Source: Neocallimastix sp. 'constans'
Taxonomy: Eukaryota
Reading direction: 5' to 3'
DNA: 64,000 nucleotides
Assembly: GCA_050613775.1 (NCBI GenBank)
Contig: JBODTK010000111.1
Span: 186,001-250,000, forward strand
In this document: in pieces, positions 43,004 to 58,921 of the stretch
How the letters are laid out: the number at the start of each line of letters is the position of its first letter
Position numbering within the stretch: the first letter of the stretch is position 1
Program-made: the position numbers and the translations under genes
The notes under the pieces: model-generated
Told to the model about the DNA's origin: nothing
Database searches by the model: none
The model's input: only the letters and a program-made list of their open reading frames with translations

Positions 43004-44004
43004 TTTTATTAATATTTTTTATGTTTTTTTATAAGTTATTATTTATAAATTTTTTTTCTTGTTTTGTTTTGTTCTATTTTGTTTTGTTTCGTTCTATTTT
43101 GTTTTGTTTTGTTTCGTTTTTTTTTTTTTTTAAATTATTATACGAGTTTTTAATAATAAAATTTTTCAAAGAAAAAAAAAGTTCGTTATTTTCCTTTTCT
43201 TTTATACTTTAGGGGTAAATTGATAATAATTATTAAAATTATTACATAATATTTCAAATATATTAAATAAATTAAAAATTATCAAAATTATTCTATTGAA
43301 TATTCTATTGAATAACAAATAAGGAACTTTGTGTTTCGAATCTCCTTTTTGTGTTACCATATTTTCGAATCAAAAAATTTTATGATAAGCAAACATAAAT
43401 TTATGTTAAAAAAATAACATTAGTAATTACGAAAAGTTACGTTTTGGCAAAATATTTTAAAAGTTAATAAATAAATAAATAAATAATAAAACAAATAAAT
43501 TATAATATATTTTATATTATAATTAAATAAATAAATAAAAAATAAATAAATAACATTATAATAAATAAATAAATTTAGAAATAATATTTAAAAGATAAAA
43601 TATATATGTATAACAAATTATATAAATATCTAATAATAAATATATTAACATTAGAATTTAAGCATTAAAAAAAAAATAAAAAATTCGAAGTATAAAAAAA
43701 AAAAAAAATAAAATTAAAATATTTTATCATGAGTTTTATACAAAATATATATAATATATATATATATATATTAAAAAATTATAAATATTAATATTTATTT
43801 TTATAAGAATTTTCCAAAATGAAACATTCGGAAATGAAATTTTTTGAACTACATTTTGGGAAATTTTTGGGAAATGTTTTATTTTTTTTTATTTTTTATT
43901 TTATTTTATTAGTAAATAGAAATAAATGTATATTAATTATTATTTATTATTTTTTCAGTTTATCTTAATTTTTTATATTGTGTTACTTCTATTTATTTTT
44001 TTTT

Positions 44005-44168
44005 TTTTTTTTAAATAATAAAAAAAATAAATAAAATGAAATTTGGTTTTATTAATTTTTAAATAATAATAAAAAAAAAAATAAATAAAATGAAATTTGG
44101 TTTTATTAATTTTTAAATAATAAAAAAAAAAAAAATAAAATAAAATAAACTGAAATTTGTTTTTATTA
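44005..44168. repeat. Tandem triplication, ~48-60 bp unit
   Basis: ttttaaataataaaa..tgaaatttg(g/t)ttttatta occurs three times. Confidence 0.75.
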
Positions 44169-45544
44169 TCTAACTATTTTTACATAGAATTTATTTTGGA
44201 GATTACTTCACATAAAAAAAAAAAATATCTACTAAATAATTTTATATTTCAATAAAAAATATTTTATCCTGATTTACTTTATATTAACTTTTTATTGTAC
44301 GTTTTTAATTCTAAAAATTTAAGTTAAAAAAGTTTGTATATATATTTTATTAATTATTTATTAATTACCATGAACAGTTATAAATCATTACTATTTTCAT
44401 TTCTTTTTTATTTATTTTTTTTTTTTTTAAAAAAAATTATCTCTAATAAAAAAGCCTTAATTTATTTATGTTTTAAAAAGCAAAAGTATATTATTTTAAT
44501 TGAATATAAAAGTTATTATAGAGTTGAGCAATAACATATAGGGCTACAAAATAAAAAAAAAAAAAATAAATTATTTCATTTAATCAATTTTTAATCAAAT
44601 TTTGAAAATCTAATTAATAATGTCTTTTTTCAAAGCTTAAATTATTATTTCTAGAGTTAAAATATTTCTAAGTAACAATAATTATAATAATAATTTTATA
44701 TCAAAATATAAACAAATATTTTAGTAATAATTTTAAAAATATATTTTATTTGTCCTTTTATTCATATTAAAACCTTTAAAAAATTGTTATTTAAAAATTG
44801 ATATTTAATTGTATTATTAAGTTTATTTTATTTATATATAAATAACTTTATTGTGATAAAAAAAAAAAAACTTTATAGTAATAATTTTTTTATTATTGAA
44901 AAAAAAATAAATAAAAAATAAAAAATAAAGATAAAATAATAAAAAGTAAAAATAAAATAAAAACATCAATATCAAAATAAAAAAAAATATTATCAAATTT
45001 ATTGAATTAAATTAATAATTTAAATTTTAAGTGATTATTTTGTTTATATTATTAAATTATATATGATTTGGTTTTTAGTATTATAAAATGAATAAATTAT
45101 AATAATGAAAATTGTTACAATATGTGAATTTATATATTAAATGAATCTAGAATAATAAAAATTAAAATTAATAAATTATAATTATTAATATTTAAATATA
45201 TATATATAAAAGATTTTTCTTTAATTGAAAAATCCCCATAAAAAAAAAAATCCATATTTTGCTTGAACAGAAGCGGATTAACTATTATAAAATATTTCAT
45301 TAATTAATATTAAATATAAATAAATATATATAAATGCATAAATTCCACAATATATAATTATTAAAAAAATGAAAATTTCAAATGATTTAAACTTTTTTAT
45401 AAATATATATTATATTTTAAAGTTTTGTTATTCAAATGAAACTTGGCAAATAGAATAGTTTAAGTTTTACTATCTTGAAAAAAAGTTCTTAAAAACTCTA
45501 ACAAATTAAATTAAAAATATACTAATCTTTAATATGATTTCTAA

Positions 45545-45584
<40 letters not shown>

Positions 45585-45592
45585 ATAATAAT

Positions 45593-45634
<42 letters not shown>

Positions 45635-46200
45635 TTTTACTCCCAGTGTATACCGATCATATTTTCAGCCCAGTCACAAGGGCATAAGAATATTGAGGTA
45701 GTTACAACACTTTCGTATTCTTTCTCATCGGTGGATATTTGTCCCCTGCTACTGAGTGTTCAGTATTAGTGTTCTGACATGCATATTATTACTGAGAATT
45801 TCTAGTACACTTTTTTTCTCGGAGTGTTCTCTTCATTTCCTAATTTATTAATAAGCTTTTTTAATTCGATTGCTTATTTTTTTTTTTTTTTTTTTTTAAA
45901 TTAGTCAACTTTTTATTTGAATTTGATTTAATTTTTTTTTTCTTTGCCTCATTATTTATTTTATCTATTTAAACTTTATTATCATTTTTTTTTATTATTA
46001 ATGAATAATAATTAAATGGTATATAGTATATTTTAACATTTTATTATACAATATGAGTATAGCAATAAATAAATAAATATATATATAATATAATTATTAT
46101 AAATAAACCTTTAACTTGGATAAAAATTGTAATTGTAATATAATCAATAGAATAACATAATATATATAGCATATTAATCAACTTTGAATATAATGTAAGT

Positions 46201-46232
<32 letters not shown>

Positions 46233-46666
46233 TGGTTATGAATATTTTTTTTATATATTAAAACAACTTTTATAAATAATTTGACATCAGTATGACAATA
46301 TTTTCTGTATGTTGGTTGTTGATGTCATCTACATCCCACTTACATGTATAAATAGCTAAAAAGAATATTAAGAATATTATATATTTCAATATTAAAAACA
46401 TTATTAACTATTAATAATATTATATATATAATGAATAAATAATATATAATTATTATATATATAACTTACTTTTATAATATATATGTAATATTATTAATAA
46501 TTAATAATGTTTTTATTATTGATATATATAATATTCATTTTAGTTAATTATACATATAAGTTATATATAATAATTTTATAACATTTATTCATTATTAATA
46601 GTGAAAATGGAAAGCAATGAAAAAATTATTATTAAAACATATCACAGGAATAATATAAAAAAAATA

Positions 46667-46697
<31 letters not shown>

Positions 46698-46850
46698 GAA
46701 ATAAAAAGTTATTTTTTCAAAAAATGGTAGATATTAATTTTTAAACTTTAAAAAAATTTTCATTTATTTTTAAATACGATGTATATATTAGAAAATAATT
46801 GAAATTCTTTAAATATTAAAATGACAATAATTAATTAAAATATGACTATC

Positions 46851-46910
<60 letters not shown>

Positions 46911-47720
46911 TAATTTAATTATATTTTGCTATCATCTTTATAGAATTAATAAATATATATATATATAAATGGAAGCAATGATACCACCCTAGTGTGAAAT
47001 ATGTATTAGTTATATTAATCAATGTAAAAACAATTAAGAAAAATTGTTTTTTTTTGCAATGAATATAAAATAATAACTTATAATCTCTATCACCTTAATT
47101 TATATCATAATTTGAAATGGGACTGAATAAAGAATATCGTGAAATAAAACTAAAAATTTTTTTTATTACTTTTATTAAAAATGTAAAAAAGAATAAGTTA
47201 AACCATATCTTTTTGATAGTATTTACATATACAAAATATATCAAGTATATGCTATTTTGTTATGCTAATAACTTTTTTTTTTTGATAATATAAAAATATA
47301 TATAAAAATACTATAAAATAGCTATTTTATATATATGTTTTAACACTTTTATGAATAGGATAAAAATAATAGGATACTAACTATTTTGTAGTTGTTTATT
47401 TAATCACTTTTTTAACATTTATATATTATTTAATAACTGTTTCTAATTAACAAAAAAAGTTAAAAAATATATATATAAAATTCAGTTCCAAAATATTCTA
47501 TTATTCCCTCGAAATTCACTACAATGTATTTTTTTTTTTTTTTTTCATTCAAGTTTGTACATTTGGAACTTTTGGAGTAGTTAAATGGGGCATAACTTCA
47601 CTAACTATTGACATAACGGCTACGGGCTCCTGTCGACTACGTTCGTCAAAATCTTGGAAACACAATTTATAACTTTTGTTACGTCGTACTTGAATAGGTT
47701 AATATATTGAATATTTTTTT

Positions 47721-47772
<52 letters not shown>

Positions 47773-48599
47773 TTATTTATTTAAAATGATATAAAATAGA
47801 TATAAATATTAAAAAATAAATAAAAATTGCTAAAAAAATGTTGGTGTTTGATAGTTTTTTATCATTCAAAAAATAGCTATTTTTTTAATGTTTTTAAACA
47901 TGTATTTTTATAGTTGTAGTTCATATAAGTTATAGTTCATATAGGTTATGATCTATATAATTGTAGTTTATAGAATTTCATTTCATATGGAGCAATTTAG
48001 TTCCTTAAATTTATTTCTTTTTTATCCTTTGTATCTTTTTTTTTTATTATTATCTTTTTAATTTAATTTTATTATCTTCTCAAAAAAATTATCCACTGCT
48101 AATAAATTTTAGTCTCTCATAAATCTCATTCTTTTATTTAGATTTAACTTAACAATTTTCAAATAAGAAAGAAAAAAAAAATTACATTATATTTATATTA
48201 ATATTAATAAAATTTATAACATTATTATGATTTTGTTGACTATCATAGTTTTCATCTTTTTTTTTTTTTTTTTTTTTTTCTAATCATTATTAGAAATATG
48301 AATTATATTTAAAAGTAATAACAATTTCTTATTTTTGTTAAAATAATTCTAATTATTAATTAATAAAATTATTATACTAAAAAATAAAAAAAATAGAAAT
48401 AAAATAAAATAAAAATATGAACATTAAATTATATAATTTTTCTATCTTTATTTGAATGAATTAAAAACATTACCCTCTTGTTCTAGGTATCAACTGAACT
48501 TTAAGTTTTTCCTAAGATATAATTATTTTATTTCTAATAATAAAAAAAAAAAAAAAGCAATAAAACATTATTATTGTATAGTAAAATTTTTTTATTGTT

Positions 48600-49808
48600 A
48601 ATTCACCTACATAAAAAAAAAAAAAAAAAGATAGTTTACCATAAAAATGAATATCAGAAAAATATGGCATTAATCGTGGAGGTGTATGTCAGGGTGTCCT
48701 CTTTCTCCTATTTTATTTAATTTATTTATTAGTGATTTTTTTTCTCCGATAAATGTGATAAATTTGGCATCAGTATTGGAAATAAAAAAAAAAGGAAAAA
48801 AAATGCTGTGGAGGTCTATTTGAAAATGATATTGTTTTAATTTTCCACCGCAAAAAAAAAAAATGCTGTGGAAGTCTATTTGAAAATGATATTGTTTTAA
48901 TTTTCCACAACAAAAAAAAAATAATGCTGTAGAAGTCCATTTGAAGATGATATTGTTTTAATTTTCCACAGCAAAAAAAAAAAAAAAAGAAAAAAAAAGA
49001 ATATTAACTTCACTTCTTCATCAATTCTTTTTAAAATGGTATAATAATAGGAACCAAAATTTCATTTTCCTTTAGAATAAAAAAGAATAAATCCATGGTC
49101 AAAGTATGGTAATTCACCCCTCTTAAACTTTATTTTAATCTCATTCTTTTTGAAAAAATTCCTACTTTCTTTCCATCTTGGTATATATTCTATTCCTAAT
49201 GATTTCATGTTATACTTTATCTCGAAATTCCATTCAGAAATGATCTATCACCTCAACCCAGTTATTTCTACTATACAAGCTAAAGTTAAGAAGACTTTCT
49301 TTGCATTTTTTTTTTTACTAATTTTCTCATGAATAATAAAAGTACCTTTATCCTTTAAAAAAAAAAAATTATACCTTATAGTCTTATATTATCAGTAAAT
49401 CTCTTTACTATGCCCCTCTTACTTAGTTCCAAATAAAAAAAATTTCGTACTAGAAATATTTAATCTTTAACTTAATACTGGTATGCTATGATGTCTTGGT
49501 TCACCTCATAAAAATCAATAATGAAAATCAATATAGCAAAGAATATCTTATTATGTAAAGGTTACATTAAAAAAAAAAAAAAGAAATTCTACCATTAGTA
49601 CTTATGCATGCCCTTTCTCGAGACCTTCCTATTTTCCCTATTACTGATTTCTGTGAGGTAATGCAAAGTATGTACTTCGGTAAAATGGATTAATTAATTG
49701 TATTATTTAAAGATCTTATAATATAAAAAAAAATAAAAAATATTCCTACGATGTATCAATATTTTTTTGGACTAAAGAATCACCTACTCTATATAGAAAA
49801 ATCCCGAG

Positions 49809-49845
<37 letters not shown>

Positions 49846-50527
49846 ATCAAAAAGTTCAGTGATGTTATTAAAGTATATTGATCTGAAATTGCCAAAAAAA
49901 AAAAAAAAAAAAAAACATGGTATTAAAGGAACTAACTATGATAAATCAAAAATTCATTCCTTAAAAAAAAAGAAAATTTTATTCAATCTTAACGGTAAAA
50001 ATTCACTAAGCTTAGTCTAGGATTTAATTAAGATATTATGGGTAGGATGTGGATATAAGTATAATACCACTATTGCTTTCAGAAGTGGTAGAGTTACAGA
50101 CCAAATGCTGTTCATATTGTGGTATAAAGGTGATCAATCAATGAGCCATTGGATATTTGAATGTTTCACTTTTTCAAATGCTAGATTGAAATCATTAGAT
50201 TTCATCCATGACCATTTTATTTTGTTTGGAAATAAAAATATGGAAATGACCTTTATTTTCTTTCCTACTTATCTATTTTAGATTGTGAAAAAGTACATTA
50301 ATGATTTATTATTTTTATGTTCCTTCTTGGTAGGACCTTAGCTTTAGATGTGCTACAATTCATTACTAAGGGAAACAAAAACATTTTAAGAAGAACATCT
50401 ATTAAAGAGTTCTGGATCAAATGTTCTATAATATAGTTAGCCTCACGGATTACCTCACTAGCACTATACCAGTCGTCAGTAGCTCTCTTGAGATACTCTT
50501 TGATTGGTATGGTTAAAAAAACTCTAA

Positions 50528-50563
<36 letters not shown>

Positions 50564-50777
50564 CACATCCAAGAGAGTCAACATCGAACGGATAGGGTTA
50601 AGAAGAAACCTCTCTTACTAGTCCTCCGAGTACATCTTCCAACAAATAGCAATAATTGTTCTTTTCACAACGAATCTACAGAAATAATGAATCTCCTTGG
50701 TAATATTTCTATTGGTTCGAGAGAGAGTTTAGTGGTCTCTACACTATCTACACTATCTACTTTACTGAAGTTACTTC

Positions 50778-50808
<31 letters not shown>

Positions 50809-51071
50809 TATATATAAATATATTTGATCTCTATTCATATCGTTATATTATAGTAATTTTTTAAATTTTCTCTTTATTTTCATTGTATTACATTAACTTT
50901 AATTAACTTTACTTTTTATCAAATTTTATTTTTTAATTTTTTTTTTTTTTATTTGATACATTTTTTTTTATATATTCTTTTTTATCTTACTATATTTATA
51001 ATATATTTTTACACTTTAATGTATATAAATAAAGCAATGAAAGTGTATCACCTTCCTTGTCTTAATAAAAA
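48600..51071 (+). mobile_element. Old, heavily degenerate LINE copy (RT core to 3' end)
   Basis: GVCQG/CPLSPILFNLFI (48681), CCGGLFENDIVLI (48804), PTF..LG, PLLxSxK, GCGYKYNTTIAF, HWIFEC, and a 3' end atgaaagtgtatcaccttccttgtct. Colinear with 38884-40531. Confidence 0.88.
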
Positions 51072-51841
51072 TATATAGTATGGATAATTCACAACTTAAT
51101 TCAAATCATTATTTCTTTTATTTTTATTTTTTTTTTTTTACTTTTCATAAATCTTTATCATTTCAATATTAATAAAAAAAAAAAAAAAAGTAGGAATTCG
51201 GGAATTCTTCTGATTAATCCTACTTATTAAATTTAATCCAAAGTCTCCATTGTTTAAACAACTATTGAACGTTAAGATATAATAAACAAATTATCAATTA
51301 ATCAAACCATTTAGACTTTCTTATATTATAGTTTTTTTTTTTTTTTATCTAGCTTTGGACCGATCTTACTAAAAAAAAAAAAATAGAAATTATTTTGTTG
51401 TACCATACAATATGCATCTACACCACTTGATCAGGCACATCCAGATTTTACTGAATCTATTTTATTTTTTTAAGCTTAACAAAAATTAATAATTAAAATA
51501 CACAGAACAATATGTTTTTTTTTTTATATTAATCAGAAAAATGAAATAATAAAAAAAAATTATACTGTAATAGATATGAATAATGATTCCATTTATTCCA
51601 TATAACAAAAACAGGATTTTACCATCTTTGAATAAATAAATAATATAAAATCAAAATTCTTGTTTTATAATATATATTAATCTCTTATTTATATCTTATC
51701 ATTAAAAAAAAAAATATTATTACTTTTGAATAATTAATTAATATTAGTATAAAGAGTATAAGTTTTTTTTTTTTTTTTTTTAGTTTTTAATGATTTTTAA
51801 AGTTCATATATAAAGTAAAATGTATATCATCTGTTTCATAT

Positions 51842-52195
51842 TTTATTTATTATTTATTATTTATTATTTATTATTATTTATTATTTATTATTTAAATATT
51901 TATTATTTATTATTTATTATTTATTATTATTTATTATTTATTATTTAAATATTTATTATTTATTATTTATTATTTATTATTTATTATTTATTATTTATTA
52001 TTTATTATTTATTATTTATTATTTATTATTTATTATTTATTATTTATTATTTATTATTTATTATTTATTATTTATTATTTATTATTTATTATTTATTATT
52101 TATTATTTATTATTTATTATTTATTATTTATTATTTATTATTTAAATATTTATTATTTATTATTTAAATATTTATTATTTATTATTTATTATTTT
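51842..52195. repeat. (TTATTTA)n heptamer satellite
   Basis: Same unit as 35015-35985. Confidence 0.95.
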
Positions 52196-55100
52196 TCATT
52201 GTATTTAATTATAAAAAAAAAAAACTTTTTTTTATTTGTTTGTTTGTTTATTAATTATTTTGTATTACCTAAAATTAAAATTAACTGGTTAAATATGGTA
52301 ACACTTTGTGATAGATTACCAGTTGATTCATTGATGTGTTAGATTGAAGTTTAATAACTATCCGAATGAAAAAAAAAATTTTTTTTAAGGTTTGATATAT
52401 TTAAAAAAAAATATTAATAAAATAAAATTAAAATAAAATTAAAATAAAATTAAAATAAAATTAAGAAATCAAAAAAAAAAAAATAAAAAAAAAAAAATAA
52501 AAAAAAGTAAAAAAAATTAAAAAAAAAAAAAAAAGGAAAAGAATTTTAATATTACTATAAATAGATAAAAAGAAAATTATGATAATAAACAATAAAAAAA
52601 AATATATATATATATTTATATATATTTAATGATTCTAATTTAATTTTATTTAATAATTAAATCTAAAGCCACCAAAGAAAAGAAAAATAAAAAAAAAATT
52701 ATTTGAATATAATTTTTAAATATAAAATAATAATAAATAAATATAATAATTTTTAGTATGCAATAAATATATGCATTCTTTTTTATTCAATATTTATTTT
52801 TTTTAAAAAAAAAATTTTTTTTTTATTTATTCTTTTTTATTAGTAATTTATTAGAAATAAATAATACTAAAAAAAATCTTTTATACTCTTTTTTTTATTT
52901 TTATTCTATTTTATATATAGAGAATAATATGAAATGATAATTAAAATTGTTGGTTATTGATTTTTATTTTTAAAATAAACATACGCCGATATAAATAAAA
53001 CAGGTAACTTATTAAGGTTTTTTAATCGATAAAAATATGTAGGTTCCATGTTACAAATTCATAAATAATAAATATATATCATCTCAAAAATAAAAATACA
53101 TTGAAATTCATATGTTACTATTATTATTAATATAACCTTGTTAAAATAAATTATAAAGTTTTAAATTTTTGAAATTTATATAGAAGAGTTTAATATTCAC
53201 AAGGTAATATATTGATGAGTACATAAAATTTATTAAATAAATTAATATATTAAAACTCCTAATCAAACGAAATTAATGCATATTAATATTACCATATTTA
53301 TAAAAACTTTAAAAATACTTTAATCAAAATATATTATATTGTATTAAATAAATAATGAATACATAAATTAAATAGAAAAAGCATAGATTTAATATATCCC
53401 TTTTTTGACACTTCTTATGATACATATGATACATTATATAAATAAATAAATAAAATTAATATTAATAGATTTAATAAAATAATAATATAACTATAAATGA
53501 CAATATTTTTTTATTCGTTTGATACAATAATTTAAATACTTATTTTACAAAAAAAAAAAAAAAAAAAAAAAAAAGTAATAATACATTTTAATTAAAATTA
53601 ATTATACATTATGATATATTATTTATTAAAAACTTTTTAAAAAAAAAAAAAAAAAAAAAAAGATTAAAATAACATATTATAAATAGTATTAATTATATAT
53701 ATTATTTATTTATTTAATTATATATATTAACTACATATTATACGTGTTAGTTAATAAATCTGATATAATAATTTAATAATTGAAAAAAAATTTTTTAATA
53801 CAATGACTAAATAAAATTATAAAATAATTAAATAATCAAGCCACATCGATCATATTATTATATCTATTTCTATGAATAACTGCCTATTTTTTTGTTATAA
53901 TTAATATTAAGATATATAACAAAACATTTAATTATTTCGGTTTATTCTTACTCTATCCATCATTATTAACTCTTTTTTTTTTTTTCTATTTTCTTTTTTT
54001 TTAAATAATTTTACATGAATTCCACTACTTAATTATTTTTATATAAACTATATTATTTCAATAGTTCAAAAGGCATAAATTTTATTTTATTATATAAATT
54101 AAAGAGTTTTATTTTTTTTTTTTAACACTAAATTTAATTAAATAAAGATATTATCCACATTTAAATTTTCATTAAGATCATTTTAAAAAACACATTTAAA
54201 ATTTTTATTAAGATCTTTTAAAAATATAAGAATGAAAAAAAAAAATAAAAAAAAATTGTCAATTATTCTCTATTCATTACAAAATATTAGTAAATTTTTT
54301 TTTTTTTAATTATTATTTTTTAATATTTCATTATAGTATTATTATAATTGCTTCAATTTTAAAACTATATCAATAAATAAATAAATAGATTTTTACCAAA
54401 AGAAATTTAGAGTTATTAAGCTTTTTGACATCATCATAAAAAATTTTTATTAAGTTTATAGTTATAAATGAAAGACTTGATAAAATACTAAATAAAAAAT
54501 ATCCACACTGAAAATATTTATATATATATTCTGTTTTTCTTTTGTTATTACTTTTTTTTTTTTTTTTTTTTTTAATAAATAAACATTACATTAACATAAA
54601 ATTATTTTATATTATAATATTATTGTTTTAATTTTTTAATATTATCAATGACTCCAAAATAAATAATAAATAGATTATTTAATCATGATGAAATCCATAT
54701 TTAATAATTAATCGAAAGATATTCATAATTTCATTTTTGAAATAATTTAATAATTCATTTACTATCAATTATTATTGGTATTGATAATAAATTTGCTTTA
54801 AGTAAATCAAATGAAATAAAATAATAATGAGATATTGATAATCCAATATAGTAAATCAATAAAAAAAAAAAATTGAAGAAAAAAAAAATAAAGAAATAAT
54901 AAAAAAGAAATAAAGAAATAGGAAAAGATTAAAATAAATTTAATTATAATTAATTATTTAATTATTTTATCAAATTTAAATTCATCATGATCTTTATTAA
55001 AACCGTTTAAACTTTTTTTTTTTTTAATTACTTTTTTATTTATTTTTTAATGATAGTTAAAATTATTAATAATTTAGTTTATTTATTAAAATAATTATAA

Positions 55101-58100
55101 ATTATTTATTTATTTTTTTTTTTTTTTTTATTTATTTATTATTTATTTTTTACTGTAATACAAGGTATTTAAGATTTATCTTTAACAACTAAATTAATAC
55201 AATTAAAAATAAATAATTATATTATATTAAAACTCTATTTTATGGTTTTTTAAAAAAAAAAATTATTTTATCTAATAGGATTAAGTATTTAATTATTTAT
55301 GAATAAATTGATCACCAAATTTTACAATTTAAGTTTAATAAAGTTTTAGGTAACTTTAATAATAAGATCTTATTATTTTAATATATCCCTTAAATAATTA
55401 AAGTCAAAATTCCTCAAATATTTATTTGAAATTAAATAAATAAAAAAAAAAAAAAAATAAAAATAAAAGAAAAAATAAAATAATAATAATAATAAAATTA
55501 TTCATAATATACTTTTATAATATTCTCATTCATTCTTTGTTTCGATATTAGATATTATAAAAAAATGGTTATTATTTTTTTTTGTAAAGTTTGAACTCAA
55601 ATTTATTAAAAATAATAAGTTTTATAATGTATTTTTTTATAGGATTCATAATGCAATAACAAAAAAAATGAATACAAAATATTTAATTATTTAATTTCCA
55701 ATGATAACCAAATTTGTTGTTTCAAATTACAAAAATTATTATATATTGAAATATTATGAAATATTATCTAATTTTTTTTCTATATAGTTTATCTATTATT
55801 ATTATTATACGAATTATTTATTAGCAATAAAAATTTATAAATAAATAATTGTATTATTAAGCCATTTTGTTATTCATTTAAAAATGTATTTTTTTTTATT
55901 TGTTTTTCATTTATTTGTTAAGTATAATTAATTTTCATATTTGAAATATTAAGTTTTATTTATTTATTTATTTATTTATTTTATTTATTTATTTATTTAT
56001 TTGTTTATTTATTTATTTGTTTGTTTATTTATTTGTTTGTTTGTTTGTCTACATTTTCATTTTTATTTATAATTCTTTAAAATTCTATAAAGTATAAATT
56101 AAAAATATTGACATTTGTGTAACTGTAAATTTTAAGAATTTTAAAAAAATAAATTAAATTAAAATTTTCTCTTTTTCTTTTTTTGATCCTATTTTTAATA
56201 TTAAAAATTATATTAAATATGAGTCAAGTTTTAAATATTTTGTTTAAAATAATAGGGAAATAGAAAATAGAAAAAATGAAATAAATTTAAATAACAACTT
56301 TTTTTTTTTTTTTTTAAAAAAAATAAATAAATAAATAAACAAATAAAATAAATAAAATATTTAATTATAAAACATTATTAAATACAAAATTAAAATTATA
56401 TATAAAATTCTACATAATATATTAAATTTCATTAAGATATAATTATAATGTATTATGAAATATTTAAAAAATATAACTATTAAACTTTTTTGTCCTTTTT
56501 TTTTTTTTTTTAATATTTTTTAATATATAGATTTATATAAAATGACATAACATAGATAATAGAATAATCAAACTTTAATAATTAATTTTTTAATTTAATT
56601 TTTTTTTTTACATATAAAAATAATATAATATATATCATAATAATGAAAAATAAAATTATGTAGGTTTAACTTTAATGTATCCAAAGAAAATAATTAAACC
56701 CTTAAAACCTAATTATGGATTACTTTTTCCTATATTATAATATTTTAAATTTGTTTTTATGTTTTTTTTTGTTTTATTTTCCATCCAAATGTACAAAGTT
56801 TTAAACGGTTCAATGGTTAAAAAAATTTAATATATATAGGTAAAAATTATAAATCCACTTTCCACTTTAAAATATTTAATTATTAAAAAAAAAATATTAT
56901 TAATGAAATATAATTATTAAAATATAATAAAATAATATTTTTTTTTATTTTAAATTTTTATATAAGTAAATATATTTTTTATTTTTATTTTTTGTATTAT
57001 AATTAATTATACAATTATTAAAATAAAGTAATGTTATTATTTCATTATTTTTCATTAAAACGTATTTTTTAAAACAAAAAAGTTTTGTCATATTTATTAA
57101 AAAACTATATCTTTGAGTAAATTTAGCAAGGTTTTACATAATTATGAAAATTAATAATTTATTATGAAAAAAAAAATTTCATAGGAAACAAATGATTTCT
57201 ATCATACATTACACAAAAGATGATTAAATAGATATGTAATAATGTAATAAAATAATATATTTTATATAACCAATAACTTTAAATATATTTAATATGATAC
57301 TTAAATAAAAAATAATATTAATATAAAATAGTAATAATCATAGGTTGATAATTGATAAAGTATGGTATATATCTTGTTTCCCATCTTTATCTAATATACT
57401 AAATAAAATTATTTATAAGAAAATAATTAAATTCATTCAATAGAAATAAATTTTTATTTTATAACCTTTTATGTTATTAATTATTTATTATAAAAACTTA
57501 TAATACTAATTCTTAAGGTAATTAGTAAACCTCTACTAAACTTATCTAATTTTACAGGCTAATTAGTAATCTTTAAACATTCTTTTTATTATTATCTAAT
57601 TTTACTGGACAATTAGTAACATTTCGTTAAATAAATATTTTATATTCCTATTTATATTAGTTGTTTAAATTAAAGTAATCTTTATAAACAATAATTTATA
57701 CTAAATATACATTTACAAGTTATTTTTATAATTTTATTAATATAAATTTTTTTACTATTTAACTATTTAAAAATTTTATACTTATAATCTATATAACTTT
57801 AATATATTTATTTTAATTTATTATTATTTAAAGTTTCATTCTATATCATAATGTATTGGTTCATATTAAATAAATAATTAAAAGGAAAAAAAATTTTTAA
57901 AATTTTTTTTCATTGGTTATAAACTTCAATCAAAAAAAAAATAAATAAATAAATATATAAAAAATAAACAAAAAAAGTAGTTTGAATTGTAGATTATTTA
58001 TTAATTATTATTTATTTTTATTTAGTTTTTTTTTTCTATTTTTATTTTGCTTGTTTGTTTATTAATAAATAAATTAATAAAAATAAGATAATTATTATAA

Positions 58101-58742
58101 TAATATAAAATAGAATATAGTTTCTATTCTTCTTAATTAATTTCATGATTATTTTTATTTATATTTACTGTTTATCATTTTTAATTATTTAAAAAAATAA
58201 AGTTCTAAATTTCCCTTTTTTATCTAAATATATTTAATAAATATAAAATATAATATAATTATTTACCCATTATTGATATATGGCATTAATAATAATAGTA
58301 ATTTATTTATTTATTTATTTATTTATATAAAAAATATTTCAATGAATGATTAAATATATATAAATAAAAATCATTAAAGATGTTAAAATAATAAATAATT
58401 GAATGCACAAAGGACGACATTTTATGATCAAAGTAACACTATACCATATAATATTAAATAAAAATATTTATCATTTATGATGTATTATGTATTACTATTT
58501 ATCCTATACAGAATTGTTAGTATGTGAAATATATATAAAAATAACAAATGTATTATAACATATTGTAATGTAATTAATGTATAAGCTTCAATGTATTATA
58601 ATATAAAAGTATTAAAAGTATTTAATTTAGAATAATTGAATGAAATTAACCTTTTATTATATATAAACTTGACTTAATTATAAACCTTAAATTCCTAACT
58701 CTTAACCGTCAATTTAATTATTAAATTTATTATTATCATAAT

Positions 58743-58805
<63 letters not shown>

Positions 58806-58921
58806 TTATAATGTAAAAGATAAAATTGTAAAAGATAAAATTATTAAAATAAAAATTCTCCAATGTAAAAATATGATTTGGAGAGTTTAAATACCTAAAT
58901 GGACACCTTTTAAATCTATCC

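Noticed and set aside
48804..48972. Regularly spaced repeats resembling a CRISPR array (also 24690-24792, 44005-44168)
   Set aside because: Plain tandem duplications without unique spacers, in a eukaryotic genome with no cas genes.
57520..57625. Short repeat ttatctaattttac.gg..aattagtaa
   Set aside because: Only two or three degenerate units and no supportable function.
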